This document shows, piece by piece, positions 39,101-46,943 of a DNA stretch of 51,009 bases. Both the position numbers and the translations under genes were made by a program. Numbering within the stretch: position 1 is the stretch's first letter; each line of letters starts with the position of its first letter. The stretch lies in contig CAZWEM010000034.1 in NCBI GenBank assembly GCA_964632315.1, positions 1 through 51,009 of the forward strand. Direction: 5' to 3'. A model generated the notes under the pieces. It saw nothing but the letters and a program-made list of their open reading frames with translations, made no database searches and had not been told where the DNA came from. The DNA comes from an uncultured archaeon (GTDB lineage: Archaea; Asgardarchaeota; Lokiarchaeia; Sigyniarchaeales; SOKP01).

Positions 39101-40163
39101 ATTTAAACGAGATAAGCAAATGGAAGTCATGATTCAAGAAAGAAAACGACAAGAAAGGGAACAAGCAGCAGCAAGAGCAGCGGCATTAAAGGAAAAAGAA
39201 AGATTGGTCCAAGAACAGATTAATTTTCGAGAAGCTGCATATTCTCTCTTAGAAGATGCCGATAAACACTTAAAAAAACAGGTTCCAGATTATGACAGAG
39301 CAATTTCACTCTACATTCAAGCCAGAAACACTTTATCTGAAAAAGTCGGATGGGAACCCGAAATCAACAATATCACCATGCTTATTAAGGATCTAGAAAA
39401 AGAAAAGAAGAATTATATTGAACGGAAGCAGTTAGAACGGGATTTAGCACTAAAAAGACAGAAAGAGTATGAAATTTTTCAAAACGAAGTAAAAAAGCGA
39501 AAGGAAGAATATGAGAAACAAAAAGCACAACAAGAACAAAAATTGCGTGATCTTTATCTTTCAAAAAGAAAGGCAGAAAAAATGAAAGAAGAGGGGTTAG
39601 CGTTAATAGACAGTGCCAAAGAATACGTAATTAACAGGGAATTTAATAAAGCATATGATGAATTTAATGATGCCATTAAAAAATTCACACAAATAGGTTG
39701 GACGGAACAGGCAAAATATATCAAAAAAGAAATAGAAAATGCTAAAGAAATAGAACAAAAGTTTAAGGATGAACGTTTAAAGTTAAAACAAGTACATGAA
39801 GACTTGTTAAGAAAGAAACAGAAGGAAGAGAGATTAATTAAAAAGAAAGAGCAAGAACTAAAATCGACTATTTCTGATGTAAGTGATCTGACTGGAGAGA
39901 TATCGGATGTAATTAAAACTAAAAAGCTGGAAATCGAAAAGAAAGAAAAAGAAAGGAAAGAAAAGATCAAACTAGATGCTAAAGATTATAGAAAAAGCAT
40001 GTCCGAAATGATACAGTTAAAGCAAGAATTGATTGAGGAAATTAAAAATTCGGAAGTAATGCTCAAAAAAGAACGAGAAAAGCATGAGATTGAAAAGGAT
40101 AAGGAAAAAGCAGAAGAAATTAAAAGAATGTTGAAGGATATATCAAAGAATAAAAAAACTTGA
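33141..40163 (+). CDS. Giant (about 2340 aa) alpha-helical repeat protein: 20 TPR/MIT-like units joined by charged coiled-coil segments
   Basis: Recurring AFxxLxxA...(Y/F)xxAIxxY...I(G/Q)W or I.(F/Y)P motif about every 115 aa, with E/K/Q/R-rich spacers. No TM or signal peptide. ORF is open from TTG 33126. Confidence 0.85.
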   Translation: MERNESTAQEALKYLDNAQILEENGKLEEAIENYLTAADFLKKSGFAVTRVNDIYERVQELKDFISKEKTLRQAQLGAQLEQLQERAFSLLDAANKFEIRGQLNEAIGQYNSAINLLVNAGWSDMQLENLREKVNSLTLKHAKSQQQSTQNIEGAETQLSQAQVVGAFGKKKDAVKAEELRKFSEAKAKEEKIQSDAFIYIDNAKFYEQDRKYDKAIEAYKNAINLLNSIGWHSQTSQLESIVAKLEIDKRNYDSFKESKKVRSGGIEYIEDSTTEKEKEFQKSVKIIEEQKVNEEKIQSEAFNLIDEGKSMEKEQNYDEALKKFSAAINLFNSIGWDSYIQPVRNLIKDINEKVAQEDKFRTLKEKREVELKKVQDSIYLKEQDEVHKETKEMEEKRKLFEKKREHDLQKEKELLELIEEADKIVKNEDFDGAITKYREALNLIGNLGPGWESYKNMINTTIDNIKNLKEKKLSREIETQKKLEEQNKRDMEFQKQMNELLNRERSRLKKEEVSMQAKEELFKKREQGKKEAFEILEKAQNYVKSGDLDNAILSYQKVANKFAEIQWTDEIPVIENSIQELQKKKEEKKELKKREMERSIQKMKEEQEFQVQIFKQLKLERNKIKEKEISIKIKEEEKSHQEQRKKGLFSILEQAQDLLIQGDFDDAINKYNEVVKVMAEMQWHDEIALIQNSILDIERKKRDSQLQKEKELRQKIKREQEEQEFQNQIIDQMRIHQENLKQKQIVIREREKELAHREKMKGKAFELLNKAQDYLAITKFDEAIDLYRDIAKIFAQIQWKEEIALIQQSIQEIERKKVEKEEWKQKTMQDTIKRENAYKEFIDQIKHQREIEQIRIEKELELVEKKKLLDADSIKRQDNALKLIEEADELIQQENYNLAIINYENAVKILEEIGWTGGYLNLLQETLDTISARQREKLAEKQKQEKILKEKQKSEEAFQKKLRATMEAEQKRLRSKVIEIQKKEEVKVHAENQKEKAFNLLEDAERLLNQRNYEDSIKLYRESEIILAEIEYPTDIIREMIRKIEVRRKEEELAKIKESEKAILEEKEEAEFQEKIQKVMQEETKKLRDKQIKLEEQEKRKKLLEERKQEAFEILNKAEEEVSIKAYEKALALYRKAELILNEIRFPTDLLKDTIRKLQIKKSDEDLLKQQQLERQIEKQKEETIFQNKISDGIRREKKRLREKAMLLEKKEEMTKIHEKLQNEAFKLLDLAQEMTVTSDLEGAINNYKKVMSIFEDIGWKDEIPLLKESIQVLRMKQNEQQTSQQSQLEQNLKIEKENSEFNRIIAEQSQLERERLLKQQIELREREEELQFREKRKNEAFIKIDEANELVELGKFEEAKRLYLEVEDIFAEIQWIDEIDMIHNSIIEIEKRKWDNLVKKQKELQEDLYFEKLVQDFQNQIAQETQIEQEKIREKEVTLRERKAELKLRENERIKAFELLDKASNLVELKNYEEAISIYRDVSLKFARIGWTEEISVINQAIYDVEKKRTEAELLKQREITESGKKERERLQFINKIKIEREKEKEKLKEQRERVEKLAKLKELGSKKQEIAFKKIEDADDLIRREDFNEAIQLYGQARDILSEIGWTGSYINLINESIEFSKLKVIEVERRKEKEKALIQKQAEEQKIFEERLKKQAVDEQERLKKKRFEIQKRETFTKLLEQRKEEAFKIMTQAESLLEQGLYEESLGKYNDAELILSEINFPTDAVQEMVQKIRSKIQERILNEQRDLELKIRKEEEDKKFLKKVSEETHRKEEELRKKKVQLKKQEELRDYMEKRKTEAFDLLDNAESLVKENAYDRALEYYNRAEVILNEIQFPTNTIRGMREKVAFMQKKKQTAVYNDLQTRLRKSHEEKEFQQKLAEETLREKQRLENKKIEVREKAFKQAEIEKQKERAFSLLDDAKSLIEKEDFDEAIELYRKAMLILNEVQFPTGALDDMIRKIMLKKKEKEEMEELEYQRKVDAFKRDKQMEVMIQERKRQEREQAAARAAALKEKERLVQEQINFREAAYSLLEDADKHLKKQVPDYDRAISLYIQARNTLSEKVGWEPEINNITMLIKDLEKEKKNYIERKQLERDLALKRQKEYEIFQNEVKKRKEEYEKQKAQQEQKLRDLYLSKRKAEKMKEEGLALIDSAKEYVINREFNKAYDEFNDAIKKFTQIGWTEQAKYIKKEIENAKEIEQKFKDERLKLKQVHEDLLRKKQKEERLIKKKEQELKSTISDVSDLTGEISDVIKTKKLEIEKKEKERKEKIKLDAKDYRKSMSEMIQLKQELIEEIKNSEVMLKKEREKHEIEKDKEKAEEIKRMLKDISKNKKT

Positions 40164-40166
40164 GTC

Positions 40167-41666
40167 TCATTTTCTCTGACGTTTCCAATATAAACTGCTA
40201 ATATAGACCAAACCTGCTATGTTAAAAATCATAACACCAAGAAGAATTAGGCTTCTTAAATCAATGATCAATATGATCTCAAACCCTCCAGAACTTTTAA
40301 CACGAGATTTTAATACCAAGTAATAATCATGAGTATCAGTTAAAAATACTCCCATCCTTTTAGATATATCGATGCTATTTATTGAATTTGATACTAATTC
40401 AGGGGTACCATCTTGATTAGGTGTCTTATCAAAAAGATATAGTTCTGCTGGAAGGGAATCTTTTTGAATTACCTCAAAAAAATAGTGATTTGGATTTAAC
40501 CGAACAGGTTGGCAAAATACACTATAATTTTCATTAAGTTCGACTTGGAATTTAGTATTTTGAGTTAACGTGAGAGGTGGATCTAATGCTGCTAAAGCCG
40601 CATATCCTTGGATTATACCCCATCCCTGACGATTGTCGCTTATAAACAAGGGATCAATTGTCCGATAAGACGAAAGAGAGATGATATTTTTTAATTCAAA
40701 AGGATTTAAGTTTGGATTTTTTTCTAACATTAATGCTGCTAATCCGGACACAAAAGGGGTTGATGCTGAAGTTCCTGAGGCATAGGCAAATGAATTGCCA
40801 GGATATGCTCCATAAATAGATACACCTGGTGCACAAACATCTGGTTTTCTATAACCCTTATATGTCGGCCCTATACTACTTTTAGAATACATTCCACCAC
40901 TATTATCCACTCCTCCAATAGTGAGAACTGATTCTGAAGACCCTGGTGCGTTAATAGTTCTAATTCCCTGATCTCCATCATTTCCAGCAGCAGCAACTAC
41001 CAAAATTCCAGCATTTACAAGTTTCTCCACAGCGGTATCTATTTGATTGATGTATTGCAAATCATTTGTAGTTGGTTTTATCCCAAAACTCATGCTCGCA
41101 ATACTGACATTATAGAGATCTTTATTATTAAGCAACCAATCTACAGCCCGTTCCAATATGGAGGGTGTAGTCACTACTTGACCACCCCCAATATCTTTAA
41201 ATATTTGCATTATCACGAATTTTACTCCTGGGGCTACTCCTTGATAAGCTGTAGAGTTACCTCCTAAAATTGAAGCCGCCCACGTGCCATGCCATAGGAC
41301 TTCTGTCGGATTTGGAGATAATCCATCAGTTGATTCACTATAAAATGCAATTATTCGTTCTGACCAATTTATCTTCCCATCATTAGTAAATACTTGATGA
41401 TTTGGGGAGATGCCTGTATCTAACACGGCAACTGTGACTCCTTTTCCAGTCAAATTACCGTTCCATAGACTGGGAGACAATCCAATAAGATCTTGGGCAT
41501 CGAAACAAACTTTCATATCATCTGAAGATCTTATCATCTCATCATGATTTACGTTTTGCGAGGGAGCATCTATTGACACAAATGTTTGCTGAGATGGTTG
41601 GAGAAAAATTATTCCTAAAAGAGGTGAGAAGATGATGAAAAATTGGATAAGATGGATTCTGTTCAA
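40167..41666 (-). CDS. Subtilisin-like S8 serine peptidase, signal peptide plus C-terminal TM anchor
   Basis: Catalytic triad VAVLDTG / HGT / GTSASTP; oxyanion AAGN; KPDVCAPG. Confidence 0.93.
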   Translation of the reverse strand: MNRIHLIQFFIIFSPLLGIIFLQPSQQTFVSIDAPSQNVNHDEMIRSSDDMKVCFDAQDLIGLSPSLWNGNLTGKGVTVAVLDTGISPNHQVFTNDGKINWSERIIAFYSESTDGLSPNPTEVLWHGTWAASILGGNSTAYQGVAPGVKFVIMQIFKDIGGGQVVTTPSILERAVDWLLNNKDLYNVSIASMSFGIKPTTNDLQYINQIDTAVEKLVNAGILVVAAAGNDGDQGIRTINAPGSSESVLTIGGVDNSGGMYSKSSIGPTYKGYRKPDVCAPGVSIYGAYPGNSFAYASGTSASTPFVSGLAALMLEKNPNLNPFELKNIISLSSYRTIDPLFISDNRQGWGIIQGYAALAALDPPLTLTQNTKFQVELNENYSVFCQPVRLNPNHYFFEVIQKDSLPAELYLFDKTPNQDGTPELVSNSINSIDISKRMGVFLTDTHDYYLVLKSRVKSSGGFEIILIIDLRSLILLGVMIFNIAGLVYISSLYWKRQRK

Positions 41667-41764
41667 TTGATATCCTTTAAGAGCGTATATTTATTTATTT
41701 TTATTTATATACTTATATTTAATTGTTTTCATTAAAATAACTAAAAAAGATTGCGGTGTTTAAA

Positions 41765-43348
41765 ATGGTAGAAAATAAAGACGAGATTTATAAATCTCGA
41801 ATGTTTGCTCGTCAACAATTGATTGAGGGATGGAATCAAGCCACTCTTGAAAATGGTTGTATAATGATTGTCGGAGTTGGTGCTCTTGGATGTGAAATTG
41901 CGAAAGATTTTGCATTGATGGGTATTGGGAAACTCATTCTGGTTGATTTAGATACGATCGAGATTTCAAATCTATCCCGACAGATGTTATTTCGCCCAGG
42001 AGATGAAGGAAAACCGAAGGCAGAGGTTGCAGCTGAGCGTATCAAAGAAATGAATCCATACTTGAAAGTTGATTTTTACTTTGAAAAATTGCAGAAGCTC
42101 CCTGTTGCTGTCTTTGAAGAAGCTGATGTAATAATTGCCGCTTTAGATAATTTTAACGCTCGAATGGATTTGAATAAATTGTGCCTAAGACTAAAGAAGC
42201 CAATGGTGGAAGGAGGAACTGTAGGATTTGAAGGTCATGTCCAAATCGTGATTCCCGAAGGATCGGGAATACAATATAAAGAAAGGGAAAATGAAGTAGA
42301 AAAAATAGTTCAAGCTAAGCTATGGGAACTTGATGATGTTGAAAATACTCAATATTACAATGCTTTGCGAGAGATCGAGGATTTAGAAGAAAAGATTGAA
42401 ACTATTAAAAAAAATAAAATTCAGCCCATTATAAATAGCGTTCGTGCTCAGGTGGAAGAGGAATTCGACAGAGTTTACGCCGAAAAAGTCTTAAATGTTA
42501 CTCCTTGTTATCGTTGTTTAGTACCTATACCTCCTGCGGATGATAAACTTGTCGCGGCATGTACTCTTAAAGGCTTACCGAGAAATAGGAATCATTGTGT
42601 TATAAAAGCAGAGGTAAATTTTGAAAAAGAAAATGGGTTTAAACCAGATATGAATTTAGATGAAGATGTTCTCAAATTAAAAGAATTAGCTCAAAAAGAA
42701 TTAGAGCAGCTACGTGAGAGAGTATTTAAGGAAAATATTCCTGAAGAAAAACTTGAAAGTCTTAGTCCTGAAGAAATTCAAAGTTGGAAAGAAAACATAG
42801 AAAATACTTTTGGTCCTGATTTTAAATTTGAAGAGATGGAAAATATCTTAGGTAATAAAATAGCTGCCGTACAGACTGTTAGCTCGGTCATTGCTAGTAT
42901 TCAATCACAAGAGGCATTGAAGCTATTGTTTAGAGTTAATGGTCGAGATATTGGAGGGCCCATGGATCCTCCCTATGTGAATTATAATGGGGTATATGGT
43001 TTATTTGATCATCTCGATATATTAAAAAGGGACGATTGTTTAGCATGTGGGAAAATTGAAGGAGAAGAAAATGTTCAATTAGTAGTGCCATTTGATGCGG
43101 ATATCGGATACATTTTCAAGGCAATGAGGATCATAGGCTATAATTTAGATCCTATATTGTGGATGATAACTAATCCCGTATCTAAAGAGATCTATTGGAA
43201 TCCTTACATGCCTTCCATGAAAGATAGTAGCATTCTTTTAAATTCATTGGACGTGAAAAATAATGACATCTTATCCCTCACCCCCCTTGGAAAAGCAAAA
43301 ATAGAATCTGAAATCAAGAAATTTAATTTAATAATCACTTACATGTAA
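41765..43348 (+). CDS. Ubiquitin-like protein activating enzyme E1 (ThiF/UBA family, UBA2/UBA3-like)
   Basis: F.RQ, GVGALG.E, DLDTIEISNLSRQMLF, ALDN..AR; zinc pairs CYRC and CLAC; catalytic ACTLKGLPRNRNHC; GNKIAAV..V.SVIA. Confidence 0.88.
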   Translation: MVENKDEIYKSRMFARQQLIEGWNQATLENGCIMIVGVGALGCEIAKDFALMGIGKLILVDLDTIEISNLSRQMLFRPGDEGKPKAEVAAERIKEMNPYLKVDFYFEKLQKLPVAVFEEADVIIAALDNFNARMDLNKLCLRLKKPMVEGGTVGFEGHVQIVIPEGSGIQYKERENEVEKIVQAKLWELDDVENTQYYNALREIEDLEEKIETIKKNKIQPIINSVRAQVEEEFDRVYAEKVLNVTPCYRCLVPIPPADDKLVAACTLKGLPRNRNHCVIKAEVNFEKENGFKPDMNLDEDVLKLKELAQKELEQLRERVFKENIPEEKLESLSPEEIQSWKENIENTFGPDFKFEEMENILGNKIAAVQTVSSVIASIQSQEALKLLFRVNGRDIGGPMDPPYVNYNGVYGLFDHLDILKRDDCLACGKIEGEENVQLVVPFDADIGYIFKAMRIIGYNLDPILWMITNPVSKEIYWNPYMPSMKDSSILLNSLDVKNNDILSLTPLGKAKIESEIKKFNLIITYM

Positions 43349-43363
43349 TATCTAAAATAAAAT

Positions 43364-43381
43364 TGAGTTTTTCTTAACTCA
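43364..43381. terminator. Short inverted repeat between the convergent E1 and HAD genes
   Basis: TGAGTT-tttctt-AACTCA, flanked by A/T tracts. Confidence 0.3.
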
Positions 43382-43398
43382 TTTTCCTTAATTAACTA

Positions 43399-44007
43399 TT
43401 ATGTTTGATAATTTCTTACATATTCAATGAGTTCGTCCACATAGTAGGAATCTACGTTAGCCGCTTCACCAGCTATTAGATCTTTCTTCATATCTCCAAA
43501 AAAGATTAGTTCATCGGGTGAAATTGAGAAATGATTTATTAATTTAATTAAACCCTCGGGTTCGGGTTTCCAACTGCGTACATCTTCTCTGCCTATCACT
43601 TTCTCAATAGAATCTGAAAGTCCTGCGATCATTAATGATTCTTTAATAGTTTGTCTTGTATTCAATGATAATACAGCGATTTTCATATCATTTGAAATTC
43701 CAAATCTTTCTTTATTTTTGATAAAATCTACGATTTCAGGGATGATTTCAGTTTCAGTTATATTCTCAAGCTCATATTGACGAATAATCTTAAAATTTTT
43801 TTGTAATTCTTCTTCATCCCCTTTTTTCACTATATTACTCAAGCATTCAGAGATGCTTGAAAAAGCACAACTTTCTTGATTTTTTTCAGAATAGCGCTTA
43901 GAGAGCACATCCTTTAATGCATGCCAATTTGCTTTTAATCTCACTATAGTTCCGTCTAAATCAAAGACTATAACTTTTTTACCTTTAAAGATGTTTTTTT
44001 GTTTCAT
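43399..44007 (-). CDS. HAD-superfamily hydrolase (phosphoglycolate phosphatase-like)
   Basis: FDLDGT, LSLN, KPEPEG, FGD...D..AG..A. ATG 44007 preferred over 44052. Confidence 0.88.
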   Translation of the reverse strand: MKQKNIFKGKKVIVFDLDGTIVRLKANWHALKDVLSKRYSEKNQESCAFSSISECLSNIVKKGDEEELQKNFKIIRQYELENITETEIIPEIVDFIKNKERFGISNDMKIAVLSLNTRQTIKESLMIAGLSDSIEKVIGREDVRSWKPEPEGLIKLINHFSISPDELIFFGDMKKDLIAGEAANVDSYYVDELIEYVRNYQT

Positions 44008-44273
44008 TTCATTCAGATTGTATAATATTAGGGGAAAATTAAACACGCTCATTTGAGGGATTTCGGATGAGTTCTATATCATACACACATTATCAATTTT
44101 ATCAAAAAAAATGTTCTCAATTAATAAAATATTCAATTGAAATTTACGAAAAGCAACTAATTTTTTAAAACTATATGTGAAATTTTAGTTCGTGACTAAA
44201 AACTAAAGTATTAATGGTTCTATAAATTGACATGAGTATCTTTATATGTTATTTTTAGTATTTCTTTAATAGA

Positions 44274-44624
44274 ATGGGAGAAAATAAGTCATATTATGAA
44301 ATTCTTGAGATAGAAAAAAACGCTTCTGAGAAAGAAATTAAGCTAGCATATCATAGATTAGCTAAAAAGTATCACCCTGATCTTAATAAAAACGATCCAA
44401 AAGCTAAAGAAAAATTTATTGAGATTAAGAATGCTTATGATACCCTAATTGATCCAGAGAGGAGAAAAATTTATGATCAGTTAGGATACACTCCAAGAAA
44501 TATTGATTTTAGTGATATCTTTCAAAGATATGACTATAGAAGCATAAGAGAGATTCTGAGAGAAATTTTTGGAGTACGTCATTCTTATTATAATAAACCA
44601 CCTCCAGAAGGTATGTACGTTTAA
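44274..44624 (+). CDS. Stand-alone J-domain (DnaJ-like) protein
   Basis: YYEILEI...[16 protein letters not shown]...A.EKF.EI..AY..L.DP..R..YD; no zinc finger or C-terminal domain. Confidence 0.92.
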   Translation: MGENKSYYEILEIEKNASEKEIKLAYHRLAKKYHPDLNKNDPKAKEKFIEIKNAYDTLIDPERRKIYDQLGYTPRNIDFSDIFQRYDYRSIREILREIFGVRHSYYNKPPPEGMYV

Positions 44625-44727
44625 ATTATCTTCTTTTTAAAGGTTTTTTAAATTATAACCTAATTTTATAGTTAGATTATTTTACTAACGAGATTCATTA
44701 AAAAATACACTTTACTGTTTAGAATTT

Positions 44728-45324
44728 ATGGATTATGTGAAAGTATATAAAAAGAAAGTCGTTTTTAATGGAGAAGTGCTTAATTTAGAAAGCTACAAAA
44801 TTAAAAAAATAAATGATATCAAGAAGCTCCAAAAGCATTATAATTTAAGAGAATTATATTTAGAAAAAAACCAAATACCTAATTTGCAGGGTTTAAAGCC
44901 CCTTATTAATCTGGAAAAACTGCATTTAGAAGCGAATAAGATTAGCAAAATTGAGGGTTTAAAATATTTGGGGAATCTTAAAGAACTCGAGTTGAGGGGA
45001 AACCAAATTACACAAATCGAAGGATTAGAAACATTGACTAATTTGAAAGATCTTGACTTATCTTATAATCAAATCAGAGAAATTGAGGGCTTAGAGACAT
45101 TACTCAACCTCGAGAGATTAAACTTGAGTCATAATAACCTTTTAGAAATAAAAGGTTTAAACAACTTAAAAAACTTGAAGCAATTATATCTTTCTCACAA
45201 TAATATTTCCTCCATAAAGGGCTTAGAAAATCTACCCAGTTTAAATCATATTGAATTGAATGACAATCCCATTTCAAATAAAAACATTATCTCAAATTTT
45301 AAAGATTTAGAAGTAATAATTTGA
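44728..45324 (+). CDS. Leucine-rich repeat protein (SDS22-like 22-aa repeats)
   Basis: About 7 repeats of LxxLxLxxNxIxxIEGLxxLxN. Confidence 0.92.
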   Translation: MDYVKVYKKKVVFNGEVLNLESYKIKKINDIKKLQKHYNLRELYLEKNQIPNLQGLKPLINLEKLHLEANKISKIEGLKYLGNLKELELRGNQITQIEGLETLTNLKDLDLSYNQIREIEGLETLLNLERLNLSHNNLLEIKGLNNLKNLKQLYLSHNNISSIKGLENLPSLNHIELNDNPISNKNIISNFKDLEVII

Positions 45325-45373
45325 ATAAAAAATAAGGATTAAAATTAATAAAAAAGAGTAGTTGCTACAGTAT

Positions 45374-46570
45374 TTAAAATTCAATTAATTTGTGTAATTT
45401 TTCACGTGAAACCTTATTTCCCTCGGATATTATTATTTTGGCTTCATCAACTTTATCCCAAACATTCCAGAATAATACACCTTTTACTTTATCGTCCTTT
45501 AAGTAATAAAGGATGCCTTCCTCGAACGGTTCTTTCCATACTTCTTCAATCTTTAATCTAGGATCTAATAGTCCAACTGCTTCATAACCATAATCGAATA
45601 AATCGGAATAAAAATATGATAATAGGTGATACTCATTTTCCTGACCCGTCATATTTTGACCGGCGGTCCATCCCATATTGATCGCATTGTCTTCATGCTC
45701 TACTCGTATTTTGGTATCTAAGGCCGGCACATAATAGCGAACAACATCTCCAGCAGCATATATATTTTTATCTCTTGTTTGAAGATACTTATTTACGACT
45801 ATTCCATCGTCAACTTCCAAATTCATTTCTTTTGCTAGTTTAGTATTAGGATTAATGCCTAAACCGGCGATAACCGCATCAAATTCCATCTTTTTCCCAT
45901 TCTTGGTCTCAACAATATATTTCTCCCCTTGTTTTTCTACTCGTGAGACGAATTCTCCAGAGAGAACATTTATCCCCTTCTCTTGATAATATTCATTCAG
46001 AAATTTGCTTAATTTCTCGGGGAAAATGAGACCACCAATCCCATATTCAGGAAAGATAATCGTAATCTCTGCGCCTGGTTTGTAGATTTTAATTCCAGCA
46101 GCTATTTCAGATCCTATGAAACCTCCTCCTATGACTCCAAAACTGTTCTTTTCATTAACTTTTTTGCGTAGTGTTTCAAAATCTGCTAAGGATCGGTAAT
46201 AGATAATTCCTGGGACTTTAATATTTGGAATTTCTTTCGGCGTTCCGCCCGTTGCAATAAGTAGTTTTTCATAGCTATATTCATCTCCATTCTCAACAAA
46301 TGCTTTTTTTTTGTCAGGATCAATTTTGGATACGGTTTGATTAAGATGGAATTCAACATCAACTTCAGCAGTTCCTAAATAAATATCATCCAACTCTTCT
46401 TCACCTTTCCATAAATCCTTCGATAATGGTGGACGAGCATATGGTTCCGAATTCTCTTTGCTGATTATCCCAATAGTTCCTTCTGAATCAATTTCACGAA
46501 TAGCTTGAGCCGCTGAATCAGCAGCCATTCCACCACCAATGATTAAATACTTGTAATTATAAACGGTAAT
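45374..46570 (-). CDS. FAD-dependent pyridine nucleotide-disulfide oxidoreductase (ferredoxin reductase / MDAR / AIF-like)
   Basis: PY.RPPLSK, LLIATGG, IGGGFIGSE, IYAAGD, RVEH, YFYSD. The FAD-binding YLIIGGGMAA lies upstream of ATG 46528 and needs a start at ATT 46570. Confidence 0.9.
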   Translation of the reverse strand: MTVYNYKYLIIGGGMAADSAAQAIREIDSEGTIGIISKENSEPYARPPLSKDLWKGEEELDDIYLGTAEVDVEFHLNQTVSKIDPDKKKAFVENGDEYSYEKLLIATGGTPKEIPNIKVPGIIYYRSLADFETLRKKVNEKNSFGVIGGGFIGSEIAAGIKIYKPGAEITIIFPEYGIGGLIFPEKLSKFLNEYYQEKGINVLSGEFVSRVEKQGEKYIVETKNGKKMEFDAVIAGLGINPNTKLAKEMNLEVDDGIVVNKYLQTRDKNIYAAGDVVRYYVPALDTKIRVEHEDNAINMGWTAGQNMTGQENEYHLLSYFYSDLFDYGYEAVGLLDPRLKIEEVWKEPFEEGILYYLKDDKVKGVLFWNVWDKVDEAKIIISEGNKVSREKLHKLIEF

Positions 46571-46943
46571 GTTTTTTCAACTCCTTTTGTGTCAAGTTTT
46601 TTACTATTTCTAAAATAGTTCTCATTTCAATATGATCATAATTAGACTTATTTATCTATAGCTTATGAACTATATACGATAATGTGACAAAAGTTTAATT
46701 TAAAAACCTATAAGCTCAAAATCAACTTTATTTAATAAAATTCTTTTAATAATCTTTCAATCGAGTCATTCATTATCCATGTCAAGATAAATCGATATCG
46801 ATATAAGTGAATGATATTAGAATTCTTATCAAAATTAATAATAACCTTTTTTTCTGTAAATCAACATGTATAATATGGAAAGAACGAGTAGATCCATTTA
46901 TTCATAAGGATTCATATATTGGGGGATAAAAATAAACGTAAGG

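Noticed and set aside
33141-40163. Giant protein as SMC/Rad50, myosin or a phage tape-measure protein
   Set aside because: No Walker A/B, hinge or motor domain and no phage genes nearby; the periodic helical-bundle motif argues for a repeat scaffold.
41765-43348. E1-like gene as ordinary MoeB/ThiF or a CBASS/Bil defence E1
   Set aside because: No rhodanese domain, Moco/thiamine genes, E2 fusion, JAB or CD-NTase neighbours; the catalytic motif and C-terminal extension resemble UBA2/UBA3.
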